Source of the DNA: a virus
Virus record (IMG/VR): IMGVR_UViG_3300030329_003470
Coordinates: 132,582 to 196,581 of that record
Reading direction: 5' to 3' (one strand)
DNA length: 64,000 nucleotides
How positions within the stretch are numbered: position 1 is the first letter of the stretch; each line of letters opens with the position of its first letter. The position numbers and the translations under genes are program-made. Under the pieces are notes generated by a model that was not told the DNA's origin, searched no databases, and worked only from the letters and a program-made list of their open reading frames with translations. Below are positions 33,941 through 43,446 of this stretch, one piece after another.

Positions 33941-35078
33941 GGCCTTGCTTTACTTTACTTAATGGATCTCGGTTAGCCTGGTATAAAATTCCATAGCCTC
34001 CTGCGCCTTGCCAACGTTGTATATTAACTGGTCTGTCGTCAATTAGTATGTTTGGTGTGCCAGATGCTTTGTCTTTTGCATAACTTTCTTTACGTCCAGT
34101 TACAATTATTTCATCTGGTTGTTCAATGTTGTTTTGTATCCACAGTTTTTTGTATTTTGCTGAGTTTTCGTGATCACCTCTCAACGGTGAAGTGTTAATT
34201 GAAAATTTTCCACCTGTGAATTCTTTAACCATTGATATTAATTCGCCTGCACTACCAAATATAGGTAGTGTTGCAAAAAAATCTGTGCCTGTTATTCTAT
34301 CAATAACTTCTTTTTTTAAATCTTTTGTTTTGTCTGACGTTAATTGTTTCCAGTGTTCTACACCATACATTTTTTCTACACCGCCAAAGAAGTCAGCCAA
34401 GACACCATCCATATCTAAATAGACGGTTGGTTTACCATCTGTCATATCTTCATTATACAACTTTTTGTTGTTTTCTGCAACCTCTACTCCAAGAGCGTCT
34501 TGTATCTTATTGTAAATTAATTCACTTTGGTCACCGCCCATAGCAATTTTGGAAAATTCATGCCATTGTCCTTTAAGTGCTAAATCTCTTGCCTTTGATG
34601 CTGATGCTCCTGCAACACCTTCTTCGTCTGGATCTCTTTGTCCAGCATTTACTACTTTAATATCATCAAAGTTATAAAGATCGTTTCCTTGCTTGTCAGG
34701 TTTACCATTGTATTGATTTAGTAATTTTTCAAACTCGCCAACTCTATCTGAACCAGCAACCATAATAAGTCTTGTTCTACCTTGTGCTTGAATTACTTGT
34801 AGTGCTTTTATAATTGTGTTTGCAGTTGGATCACCTACTGCTAGTTTTGGATAAAATTGCTGAACATATGCTTGTTTCTCTTGAAACGTTAATGGATCAG
34901 TTTTGTTATTCTGTTTGTGTGATAAAAAAAGATATGCTTTACCGTTGGCTTTTTCTGCCGTAGATAAAACAGTTTCTATTAACTTTTGGTGTCCTATTGT
35001 GGGAGGATTAAATCGGCCAAATGCAAAAACGGCTGTTGCTCGATCGTCCTCTCTAAGAAACAATTCCTTGAGTAACAT
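33912..35078 (-). CDS. Fusion: HIGH-family nucleotidyltransferase + HAD 5'(3')-deoxyribonucleotidase-like domain
   Basis: FGRFNPPTIGH, MVAGSDR, SAS.AR; then YLDMDGVLADF and LIDD...W...GG.GI. Confidence 0.85.
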   Translation of the reverse strand: MLLKELFLREDDRATAVFAFGRFNPPTIGHQKLIETVLSTAEKANGKAYLFLSHKQNNKTDPLTFQEKQAYVQQFYPKLAVGDPTANTIIKALQVIQAQGRTRLIMVAGSDRVGEFEKLLNQYNGKPDKQGNDLYNFDDIKVVNAGQRDPDEEGVAGASASKARDLALKGQWHEFSKIAMGGDQSELIYNKIQDALGVEVAENNKKLYNEDMTDGKPTVYLDMDGVLADFFGGVEKMYGVEHWKQLTSDKTKDLKKEVIDRITGTDFFATLPIFGSAGELISMVKEFTGGKFSINTSPLRGDHENSAKYKKLWIQNNIEQPDEIIVTGRKESYAKDKASGTPNILIDDRPVNIQRWQGAGGYGILYQANRDPLSKVKQGLDNYGKQTK

Positions 35079-35409
35079 CGTATTCGCCTTGTTCTATATT
35101 TTCTTTTTCTCTGTCTGCTATAACTTGAGCAACTTTTAATCTTGTTTCTTTTGGAAACATATCACTAACATCTTGTCCTTGTGTGCCAAACTCTTGTACG
35201 TATTTTCTTGCGGCATCATCAACCAAGTACATCCATAATTTAATTACTTTTTCATGGTCGTACACATTACGTTTCATTTTTCTTTTAATATTTGTTATAA
35301 TGGGCATAAAACGTCTACGATATAAATCTTCGTCGTTCATTATAAACGAGTCTAGTTCGTTTACTGCGTCACTGTCCATTGCTTCATTTAAAAATTCAGA
35401 TGCTCTCAT
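35053..35409 (-). CDS. Putative head-associated protein (MRASEFLNE...)
   Basis: ORF track; TAAATA-N7-ATG. Confidence 0.7.
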   Translation of the reverse strand: MRASEFLNEAMDSDAVNELDSFIMNDEDLYRRRFMPIITNIKRKMKRNVYDHEKVIKLWMYLVDDAARKYVQEFGTQGQDVSDMFPKETRLKVAQVIADREKENIEQGEYDVTQGIVS

Positions 35410-35422
35410 ATAAGCATATTTA

Positions 35423-35905
35423 TTAGTATAGATTCTCTAAAAGCCACATATAAAATGGTGATGTAAATGTAAATGTCCATGTGCCGTTATGGCCCATTTG
35501 AGTAACATTTTTAAGTGTTTTTGGTAGTTCAGTACCTGCTTCTTTTTGTTGTGTTGCCCATGGTTCTGGATATGATGGTTCATAAACACCTTCAAACACC
35601 AAACCACCAATATCAATTTCATCAATTTCTATTGATTTGATATGTAGTAATTGGTCTTTTAAAATGTCACCTTTTTCGTTAACAATAGTTTGGTTATTTG
35701 TTTTTCCACCACGTTTCAAAACTAAATTGTAACTTTTTTCTTCTTCAAATTCGTGTTCAAACTCAATTAATTTTGGTTTATCTTCTGTTTCTGATATTTC
35801 TGCTGAAAATTTAGAATCGTTATTAATTAAAATTTCAACTGTTGGTATCTTATTCCAATGTGTTGCAAATAATTCTATTTTAAATTTTAGTTTTTCTGTT
35901 GCCAT
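35423..35905 (-). CDS. Hypothetical beta-rich protein
   Basis: ORF track. Confidence 0.7.
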   Translation of the reverse strand: MATEKLKFKIELFATHWNKIPTVEILINNDSKFSAEISETEDKPKLIEFEHEFEEEKSYNLVLKRGGKTNNQTIVNEKGDILKDQLLHIKSIEIDEIDIGGLVFEGVYEPSYPEPWATQQKEAGTELPKTLKNVTQMGHNGTWTFTFTSPFYMWLLENLY

Positions 35906-36081
35906 GTAAATTCTAATCCTGCAGTATGTCCTATATACGGTTTATTTACGTCCTGTCGGAACATCTCAATAGCAATTTGAGTACCTTCTACAACCACTTT
36001 CATATATTTGTCGTGTTGTTGAAGCACTTCTGCAGTTTTAGTTTTACCGTTGTTTGTGCAAGTGATTTCTATTTGTTCCAT
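35887..36081 (-). CDS. Small hypothetical protein
   Basis: ORF track; TAATG overlap. Confidence 0.65.
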   Translation of the reverse strand: MEQIEITCTNNGKTKTAEVLQQHDKYMKVVVEGTQIAIEMFRQDVNKPYIGHTAGLEFTWQQKN

Positions 36082-39000
36082 TATTTTTGGTCCTTTAAAG
36101 GTATAAACATATCTGTTTTCATATCATAAACTAAACCGTGTTTAGTTACTTGATCTACGTTAATGTTGTACAAGTTCTTTTTCATTTTGCCATTATCATC
36201 TAAACAATTTTTATTTTTAGCAAAACTTAATTTCTTATCTAAAAATTTTATTCCTGTATCTGGAATACCACAAGATAAAGCAAGTTTTTTAACATAATTA
36301 AATCCAACTGCTATACCGTCATTGCCATCAACACCAGCAATATCTTGTCTGTGTTCTATACTAAAATTAAACGATGCATCCATATCGTCTTTTGATGTGT
36401 GTGTATAAAAGAAGCCAATATTTTTTTCTTTGTATGTTTGAGATAAATCTGAATTAATATTTGTATAATTTATTGTTCCATCTAAATTAACACTTTCGGC
36501 TACTTCCAAATCCATCGAACCCGATGATATATGATTTGGAAGTGAGAACGACCAACCGAAAGTATTGTGCGTATCTTTGTGTATTTCATACGCCAATTTG
36601 TAAGATTCTGTTTCAACGTTATTAAATCCTTTTATCAAACTATTATTAGTAGTATTAATATTTGAAAATCCTTTTGAATAATCAAAACTTAAAACATTAT
36701 TTCCTATTTGATAACTTACACCAAGTTGTCCATAATTTGTTGTGTTGTTATCACCTACTGCTAATATTCCATTTGAATAATTACCTAACCAACTATCTTG
36801 TTCGTTTAATTGTCCTACAGTAGTTCTTAATCCAAAATTATTACCTATCCAAAATGTTTTACCTATGTTTGCTGAATAGTCACCATTTCCGCCCTGACCA
36901 GTAAATATTCCAAAGTTCATATATCCTAAATCATATTCTCCACCTTGTGCAAATGATCCATAAGAATTATTAAATGGTAGATAAGAATACCCATGCATCA
37001 TTGCGTTTATATCTGAATTTTTTCTTTTATCTTGAATAACAACATTCGAACCTAAGTTAATGTAATAGTCTCTATCAAAGTCATCTAGAACCATAATTTT
37101 TACATTAGATAAATTTGCTATTGAAGAACTACTACCAGAAGCATAAGAGTTACTGATACTACTTGTATTACCATCTGCTCTTCCATCTACAGGAATTACT
37201 AACACACCTTGTGGTTCTGTTGCCTTATCAAAATCAACAACACCTTGTCCGTGTACATTGACATCATATCCGCTTATAACTTCTTTGTTTGCAGTAGACG
37301 TTACAAGTTTAACTAGATTCTCTCCTGTCATGTGTGGCCACATTTGATGTAGTATTGCAATTTGACCTGTAACAATAGGTGCCGCCATTGACGTACCGTA
37401 CAACACTTGATATCCTCCGTCACCGTTAGTTGAATATGTAGCACCTGGAGCCAATACATAAAAGTCTGAAACTTTGTATTTGTCATTGCATTTATTATCC
37501 ACAATATTCATGCATAAGTGGCCTGCTTGGTTGGACCAACTATAAAGGTTATTGTTTTGATCAACACCACCAACAATTAACATCTTACCACCTAATATTA
37601 GATTGCCATTTTCATCAACAACTGTTGCAAAGAAACCTGGGTTTGCCGCTACTGAAAATCCTTGGTTACCTGCAGAGTTTACTATAATCATGCCTTTGTC
37701 TGTAACTGCTTTCCATATATCTGTTGTTTGTTCGTTATAAAATTTATTTTTAGTGTAATCTATATCTCTATCACCGTCATAATAGTATGTTCCATCACCT
37801 AATGCTTTAGTATCTTTTCTAAAGGCAATATCGTAATTACTGTTTGCAGAAAGATTACCTACAACTGCACCATTATTTGCCGCTTCTACAAAACCGTCTG
37901 CCGCTAAAGCAGTATCAACTGATCTTCCATTTCCAATCTTAATTACGATTGCTTTAGAATCAAAAGCAATACCGTGCATACCATCTCCGTCTTTTTTAGC
38001 AATTATTGTTCCTAAAACGTGACTACCGTGATAGAATGTGTTAGATCCTGATTGGAATCCAGTATCATCTATACCTGTATTTGTTTTATCTATTGTAGAA
38101 TGAATTTGCCCATCAAATTCTTTATGGTCTTTATCATAACCTGTATCTGCAACTGCAACTATAGAACCTTTACCTGTCCAGCCTTTTGCGTATGCAGAAC
38201 TAACATTAATTTGTTTGAATTCTTTAAATCCTTCGTTGTGTCCATGATATTCATTTGTTTCGTATGTGGTTTTATCTGAATTAAAATTAGGAGTTGTATT
38301 TCCAACATATTTCTTTTTATCTTCAACACCTTTCCATGGATCTTCTTTTTCTTCTTTAGATTCTTCTTTTTTCTCTTCTTCTTTAGATTCTTCTTTTTTC
38401 TCTTCTTCTTTAGACTCCTCTTTCTTTTCTTCCTGTTTTTCCTCTTCTTTACTTTCCTCTTCTTTACTTTCCTCTTCTTTACTTTCCTCTTCTTTACTCT
38501 CTTCTTGTTTTTTCTTCTCTTCTGCTTCTTTCTTCTCTTTTGCTTCTTTTTTCTCTTTTTCTATTTTAGTTTTTTTATCGTTTACAAAAGGATCTACTGT
38601 GTTGCTTTTTTCTTCTTTAATAAGATCTTGTGCTTTTTTATCACTTGCAACTTTGTTAAATTCTGTTAATGTTAGTTTTTGTCCTTGTGATACTTTTTGT
38701 ATAACCGGTTTAACATGATTCTTCAAATACAATAATGCCGCATGAGCATTTTTATAATCATCACTATTGTATATGGATAACTTTGTATCTGCATCTTGAG
38801 ACTCTATAAGTGTTTGTGTTTGTAACCAAAGTGCTTCTGCTTGGTCTAACATTGTAAGTAGTGTATTTGCTTTTGATATATCTGCTTCATCTGGATCTGT
38901 CATTACTGAAGATAAACTTGCAAAATTACCACTTGATATTGTAGAATTAAATCCACTTAATAAATTTGAATACGAACTGATAATAGATTCACTACCTACT

Positions 39001-39125
39001 AAATTTGATAAATCGTCTTCAACAAACTCTTGTATGGCTCCACCTGCACCACTACCACCGCCACCACAAGCAGTAAGAGTAGTTGCCATTGCACCAGAAA
39101 GTAATAAGTTCCTTAATTTACTCAT
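36081..39125 (-). CDS. Lipoprotein S8 subtilisin-like protease with C-terminal beta-barrel-like region
   Basis: Lipobox LTAC; triad VAVADTG / HGSHVLG / GTSMAAP; alternating aromatic beta-strands at C-terminus; start refined to ATG 39125. Confidence 0.88.
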   Translation of the reverse strand: MSKLRNLLLSGAMATTLTACGGGGSGAGGAIQEFVEDDLSNLVGSESIISSYSNLLSGFNSTISSGNFASLSSVMTDPDEADISKANTLLTMLDQAEALWLQTQTLIESQDADTKLSIYNSDDYKNAHAALLYLKNHVKPVIQKVSQGQKLTLTEFNKVASDKKAQDLIKEEKSNTVDPFVNDKKTKIEKEKKEAKEKKEAEEKKKQEESKEEESKEEESKEEESKEEEKQEEKKEESKEEEKKEESKEEEKKEESKEEKEDPWKGVEDKKKYVGNTTPNFNSDKTTYETNEYHGHNEGFKEFKQINVSSAYAKGWTGKGSIVAVADTGYDKDHKEFDGQIHSTIDKTNTGIDDTGFQSGSNTFYHGSHVLGTIIAKKDGDGMHGIAFDSKAIVIKIGNGRSVDTALAADGFVEAANNGAVVGNLSANSNYDIAFRKDTKALGDGTYYYDGDRDIDYTKNKFYNEQTTDIWKAVTDKGMIIVNSAGNQGFSVAANPGFFATVVDENGNLILGGKMLIVGGVDQNNNLYSWSNQAGHLCMNIVDNKCNDKYKVSDFYVLAPGATYSTNGDGGYQVLYGTSMAAPIVTGQIAILHQMWPHMTGENLVKLVTSTANKEVISGYDVNVHGQGVVDFDKATEPQGVLVIPVDGRADGNTSSISNSYASGSSSSIANLSNVKIMVLDDFDRDYYINLGSNVVIQDKRKNSDINAMMHGYSYLPFNNSYGSFAQGGEYDLGYMNFGIFTGQGGNGDYSANIGKTFWIGNNFGLRTTVGQLNEQDSWLGNYSNGILAVGDNNTTNYGQLGVSYQIGNNVLSFDYSKGFSNINTTNNSLIKGFNNVETESYKLAYEIHKDTHNTFGWSFSLPNHISSGSMDLEVAESVNLDGTINYTNINSDLSQTYKEKNIGFFYTHTSKDDMDASFNFSIEHRQDIAGVDGNDGIAVGFNYVKKLALSCGIPDTGIKFLDKKLSFAKNKNCLDDNGKMKKNLYNINVDQVTKHGLVYDMKTDMFIPLKDQK
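38341..38570 (-). repeat. In-frame tandem repeats encoding KE-rich linker
   Basis: 4 x 15 bp (KEEES) at 38440-38499 and 2-3 x 27 bp (KEESKEEEK) at about 38352-38430. Confidence 0.9.
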
Positions 39126-39307
39126 TGCAACATACTTCCTACAATTAATCCACCTAATAAAAAGTACATTAGATAATGTGTGTATGCTGATGATTTTTTG
39201 AGAACTTTGTATCCGTTTGCTCTCAGGCAAATTACGTGGGCATCTACTGATTCCGCTGTAATGTTAACATCTACAGTTTGTATCTGTTCTAGATCTTTGT
39301 CGTTCAT
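39122..39307 (-). CDS. Small protein with C-terminal TM helix
   Basis: ORF track; ATGA overlap with protease. Confidence 0.65.
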   Translation of the reverse strand: MNDKDLEQIQTVDVNITAESVDAHVICLRANGYKVLKKSSAYTHYLMYFLLGGLIVGSMLQ

Positions 39308-39313
39308 ATGTAC

Positions 39314-39341
39314 AGTATAACATAGAACTGGTAAATGTCAA
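39314..39341 (-). promoter_or_regulatory. sigma70-type promoter for the S8 protease unit
   Basis: TTGACA-N16-TATACT-N6-ATG. Confidence 0.7.
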
Positions 39342-39398
39342 CCTAAGTTGGTCTTGCTAAGACCTAGCAAAACTGCGATTTTTTTTAAAAACTTGATG

Positions 39399-39974
39399 TT
39401 AATTATTCAGTTGGATATTGGTAATAGTACCGGCAGTAACAGATGTTGCTTTTGCTCTAACCCAAACAAAATTACCAGTAAAGTTTGCACTAGATATTGT
39501 TGTGCTTTGATCTGTTGTAAATGTAGTTCCTGATATATCAAACCAATCATCTTCTGTGGGTGTTGTTGCAAGTGTTCCTTGCATTTTTATTGATCCTGTC
39601 AATGTAGTATTAACTTTATAAGCCACTGTGTGTACACCATCTGGATGTGAGTAGTATCCATCACCTTTTTCTTGTTCGCTTACAAACCCTGTATGATCTA
39701 ATGTATATGTTGTAGAACCATCGGCTGTTTCTGCCGTAACAATTTCTTCAACAATTAGTTCATTTGCATCTGTTACAGTTTTTACCGTAAATGTAGAATT
39801 GTTATTTGTAGTTCCTGTAACTGTAATTAAATCTTTAACTGCAAAATTGTTTAATGCAGTGCTTGTAGATGTAATTTTATATATACCGCTTGTAGCAGTA
39901 AAACTGATATCTGTACCAGTTACATCTGCTTTGTGCGATTTTGATGCTATTATTGTTGTACTTGTCTGTGCCAT
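39399..39974 (-). CDS. Putative virion structural protein (Thr-rich, beta)
   Basis: Composition; TAAATA-N7-ATG. Confidence 0.6.
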   Translation of the reverse strand: MAQTSTTIIASKSHKADVTGTDISFTATSGIYKITSTSTALNNFAVKDLITVTGTTNNNSTFTVKTVTDANELIVEEIVTAETADGSTTYTLDHTGFVSEQEKGDGYYSHPDGVHTVAYKVNTTLTGSIKMQGTLATTPTEDDWFDISGTTFTTDQSTTISSANFTGNFVWVRAKATSVTAGTITNIQLNN

Positions 39975-39984
39975 TTGCAGTTAT

Positions 39985-40281
39985 TTATTCAGTCTTACGT
40001 CTCTTGAATCTTGCAGTTTTTGGTCCTAAACCATATACAGCGGCCAATTCGTTTGGTTCTTGTCCATCTATTGTTAGTATATTGACGTATTTTATCTTGT
40101 GTGCTTTGCCATCTGCTTCACCTACTTCTTCACAGATACAGTATTCTTTATCAATTTTTTTAACCCTAAAAAAACATTTTTTTGGAACTGGAGACCCCCA
40201 TAGACTTTTTTGTACAACACTTTCAACTATTGTGTCTTCGCCAAATATTTTATGTTCTTTTAACTTTTTTATTGCCTGCAT
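39985..40281 (-). CDS. Hypothetical protein
   Basis: ORF track. Confidence 0.6.
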   Translation of the reverse strand: MQAIKKLKEHKIFGEDTIVESVVQKSLWGSPVPKKCFFRVKKIDKEYCICEEVGEADGKAHKIKYVNILTIDGQEPNELAAVYGLGPKTARFKRRKTE

Positions 40282-40930
40282 TTTTTACCTTTACAAATTT
40301 TATAACTTTGTCTATTCCTTTTTGTGCCAACATATAGATAGGAGTTAGCATTTTTTGTTCACTGACATAAAAGTATCCGTGATAGCAGTGTGGATACTTT
40401 CCTATTAGATAATCTAATACATATTTGTTTGATACTAAACAATCATTCTCGTTTCTTTCCAAATATGCCCAAAGACTTTCTCTTTCTTGTTGTGATATCT
40501 GCTGATGCACATCTTTTTTAAAATGCACTTGATATTGGAATCTACCGTGTGGCAATCTATGACAACCTACTGTATTTTTTCCTAATTTGTTAAATTTAGG
40601 ATCTACAGTTTCAGAATTGTACCAATCATCCCAAAATGTTTCTATTAATAATTCTGATAAATTTTTATCAGAGTAAAAAATTGCATATTTTTGTTGTAAT
40701 CTAAATTTCATTTTTGTTCTATGCTCTAGGATAAACTTTGCCAGTTTAATTACAGAAGGTGATGATTTATACCATGTTGTATTAAGGTACCTTACACTTT
40801 TATCTTTGCCTTGTATCATTTCTAAGAGTTTTTGATCTGTGGTTGGATATAAAATACCTGCCCATGGCATTTTAAAGACGTTTTTAAAACGGTACTTGCC
40901 GTAGTAAAGTTTATTATGATGTTTTCGCAT
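40250..40930 (-). CDS. Hypothetical protein
   Basis: ORF track. Confidence 0.7.
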   Translation of the reverse strand: MRKHHNKLYYGKYRFKNVFKMPWAGILYPTTDQKLLEMIQGKDKSVRYLNTTWYKSSPSVIKLAKFILEHRTKMKFRLQQKYAIFYSDKNLSELLIETFWDDWYNSETVDPKFNKLGKNTVGCHRLPHGRFQYQVHFKKDVHQQISQQERESLWAYLERNENDCLVSNKYVLDYLIGKYPHCYHGYFYVSEQKMLTPIYMLAQKGIDKVIKFVKVKNAGNKKVKRT

Positions 40931-43250
40931 CTTTTTCTTTTACAGGTTCAATAATTTTTTTCGCTTTAAATTCTACAGTAAGTTTTGGTACAGTATCATC
41001 TGATAACCCTACTTCAACCATACCACCTTCTGTTAGTTCTCCAAACAGTATCATTTTAGATAATGGCTTTTTAATTTCGTCGTCAATTACTCTTTGTAAC
41101 GGTCTTGCTCCTAATTTAGCATCAAATCCTTTTTTAATTAACCATTCAATTGCTTCGTCAGTAGCATTAACTTCAACATTTTTCTCTACTGTCATTGTGT
41201 TTAATTCTAATAAGAATTTCTTAACAATAGATTTCATTGTGTCTTTGCCTAGTTTGTCAAATTTAATTGTTGCATCTAGTCTATTTCTAAATTCTGGTGG
41301 GAAAAACTTTTTCATTGCGGCATCGTCTTCGCCTATTCTTTCGTGTGATCCAAAACCAATATTATTTCTTTCCATTGCTTCTGCACCTAAATTAGAAGTC
41401 ATAATAAGTGTAATGTTTCTACAGTCTGCTTTTTTACCGTTAGATCCTGTTACTGTACCATAGTCCATAACTTGTAGCAACATATTAGATACATCACGAT
41501 GTGCTTTTTCTACTTCATCAAATAGTACAACTGCGTGTGGATTTTTTTCTACTTCGTTTATAAACATACCACCACCCATTGTAGTATCTTCAAATCCTAC
41601 ATAACCCGGAGGTGATCCTATTAATTTTGCAATAGAATGTTTTTCTTGATACTCTGACATATCAAATCTTAACAGTTCAACACCTAAAGTTTTTGCTAAT
41701 TGTCTTGCAGTTTCAGTTTTACCACAACCAGTAGGTCCTAAAAATAAAAATGATCCAACAGGTTTGTTTAATGATTTCAATCCTGCTCTTGCAACTAATA
41801 TTTTATCTACAATAGTGTTAATTGCTTTGTCTTGCCCAAACACTTGTAATTTCATTTTCTCTTCTAATGTTTTTAAATTACTTGCTTGTTTTTGAGATAA
41901 TTGTTCAATTGATATTCCAGTCATTTTAGAAATTTCATGTATAATTTCTTCATGATCTATTTTACCATCTTTAACTGCATTTAATCTTAATCTTGCACAG
42001 GCAACGTCCATAACATCAATTGCTTTGTCAGGTAATTTTTTATCTGCTATAAACTTCGCTGAATATTCTACTGCATCTTCACAAGCCTCATCTGTAATTG
42101 TACACTTATGAAACTTCTCATAGTATTGTTTTACACCTTTTAGTATTTTTGTTGCAGTTTCTTTAGTAGGTTCTCCAATCTGGAGCCTTTGAAATCTTCT
42201 CATTAATGCTCTGTCTTTTTCAAAGAATTTTCTGTATTCTTCCCAAGTAGTTGAAGCAATAACTTTAATTGTACCTTTTAGTAGTGCAGGTTTAATCATG
42301 TTTGCCATATCCATACTGTTACCACCACCAGTAGCACCAGCACCAACCATCATGTGTGCTTCGTCAATAAACAATATTGATTTGCCTTTTTGGTCTAATG
42401 CATTTACAATTAGTTTTAATCTTTCTTCAAAATCACCTCTAAATTTAGATCCAGCAATTAAGGCATTTACATCTAAACTCCAAACAATATGATCTCTAAT
42501 GTATTCTGGTACATCTTCTTTGTTTTTTGCAATTCTTCTAGCAAGTCCTTCCACAACTGCTGTCTTACCAACACCTGGATCGCCTACTATTAATACATTG
42601 TTCTTGTTTCTTCTTGCAAGTATCTGTTTTAATTCGTTTGTTTCTTCATCTCTGCCTATAACAGGATCAATTTTTTTATCAAAATATTTTTGATTTAAAT
42701 TTTCACAATAACTTCTTAATATTCTATCTGCTTGGTTAGGTCTTAGTTTTTGTTCTGATTGTGGTTGGCCACCTATAGGTGCTAATCCTGCCATGCCTTC
42801 ATCAAGTATAGTTTCAGTAGAAACAAGATCTATTAAATCTTGTTTGTTTACATTGTATTTTTTTAAGAAAAATGCCGCATAACTTTTCTTTTCAGAAAAT
42901 ATACTGATTAATATATCAATAGCACTTACGTCTTGTCTACCTTGAAATAGTGCTTGAGTAAATGCTCTATTCATTAATCTTTCTAAAGATGCAGTTTTTC
43001 TAGGAACAACTTTATCTTTACCACTTGCAACTATATCATTACATTTTGTATCTAAATAATCTTCAACATCTTTAATTAACATACCAACATTAATTTTAAA
43101 ATCAACTAGTGTAGCACCAATCATCTTGTCTTTAATTAATGAAAGTAAAACGTGTTCTATTGTAACGTACTCGTGTTTTCTTTTTTCTGCTTCGCTAACT
43201 GCGTTTTCGAATATGTTTTCTAGGCTTTCGTTTGCTTCTAACATCTCCAC
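40914..43250 (-). CDS. clpA: ATP-dependent Clp protease ATP-binding subunit
   Basis: Clp-N (HEYVTIEH), GDPGVGKT and GPTGCGKT Walker A, IGF loop (NNIGFG), GARPL; no ClpB middle domain. Confidence 0.93.
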   Translation of the reverse strand: MEMLEANESLENIFENAVSEAEKRKHEYVTIEHVLLSLIKDKMIGATLVDFKINVGMLIKDVEDYLDTKCNDIVASGKDKVVPRKTASLERLMNRAFTQALFQGRQDVSAIDILISIFSEKKSYAAFFLKKYNVNKQDLIDLVSTETILDEGMAGLAPIGGQPQSEQKLRPNQADRILRSYCENLNQKYFDKKIDPVIGRDEETNELKQILARRNKNNVLIVGDPGVGKTAVVEGLARRIAKNKEDVPEYIRDHIVWSLDVNALIAGSKFRGDFEERLKLIVNALDQKGKSILFIDEAHMMVGAGATGGGNSMDMANMIKPALLKGTIKVIASTTWEEYRKFFEKDRALMRRFQRLQIGEPTKETATKILKGVKQYYEKFHKCTITDEACEDAVEYSAKFIADKKLPDKAIDVMDVACARLRLNAVKDGKIDHEEIIHEISKMTGISIEQLSQKQASNLKTLEEKMKLQVFGQDKAINTIVDKILVARAGLKSLNKPVGSFLFLGPTGCGKTETARQLAKTLGVELLRFDMSEYQEKHSIAKLIGSPPGYVGFEDTTMGGGMFINEVEKNPHAVVLFDEVEKAHRDVSNMLLQVMDYGTVTGSNGKKADCRNITLIMTSNLGAEAMERNNIGFGSHERIGEDDAAMKKFFPPEFRNRLDATIKFDKLGKDTMKSIVKKFLLELNTMTVEKNVEVNATDEAIEWLIKKGFDAKLGARPLQRVIDDEIKKPLSKMILFGELTEGGMVEVGLSDDTVPKLTVEFKAKKIIEPVKEKDAKTS

Positions 43251-43446
43251 TCCAATCTATTTTGCCCGAATTTATTGCATCGAACGTTTCTGAATCTCTG
43301 TCGTCCCAATAGCATTCTTGTTGTATCGCCGCTACTAGCAACTCCACATCTTCCTTGCCAATTGGCTTCTTTCTTGCTTTGTATGTTCCGTTTAATATCT
43401 TCCATACTTTTACTTTTTTATTGCTTTCTTTTTTGCCATGTCCCAT
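43195..43446 (-). CDS. Small basic hypothetical protein
   Basis: ORF track; overlaps def and clpA. Confidence 0.5.
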   Translation of the reverse strand: MGHGKKESNKKVKVWKILNGTYKARKKPIGKEDVELLVAAIQQECYWDDRDSETFDAINSGKIDWSGDVRSKRKPRKHIRKRS

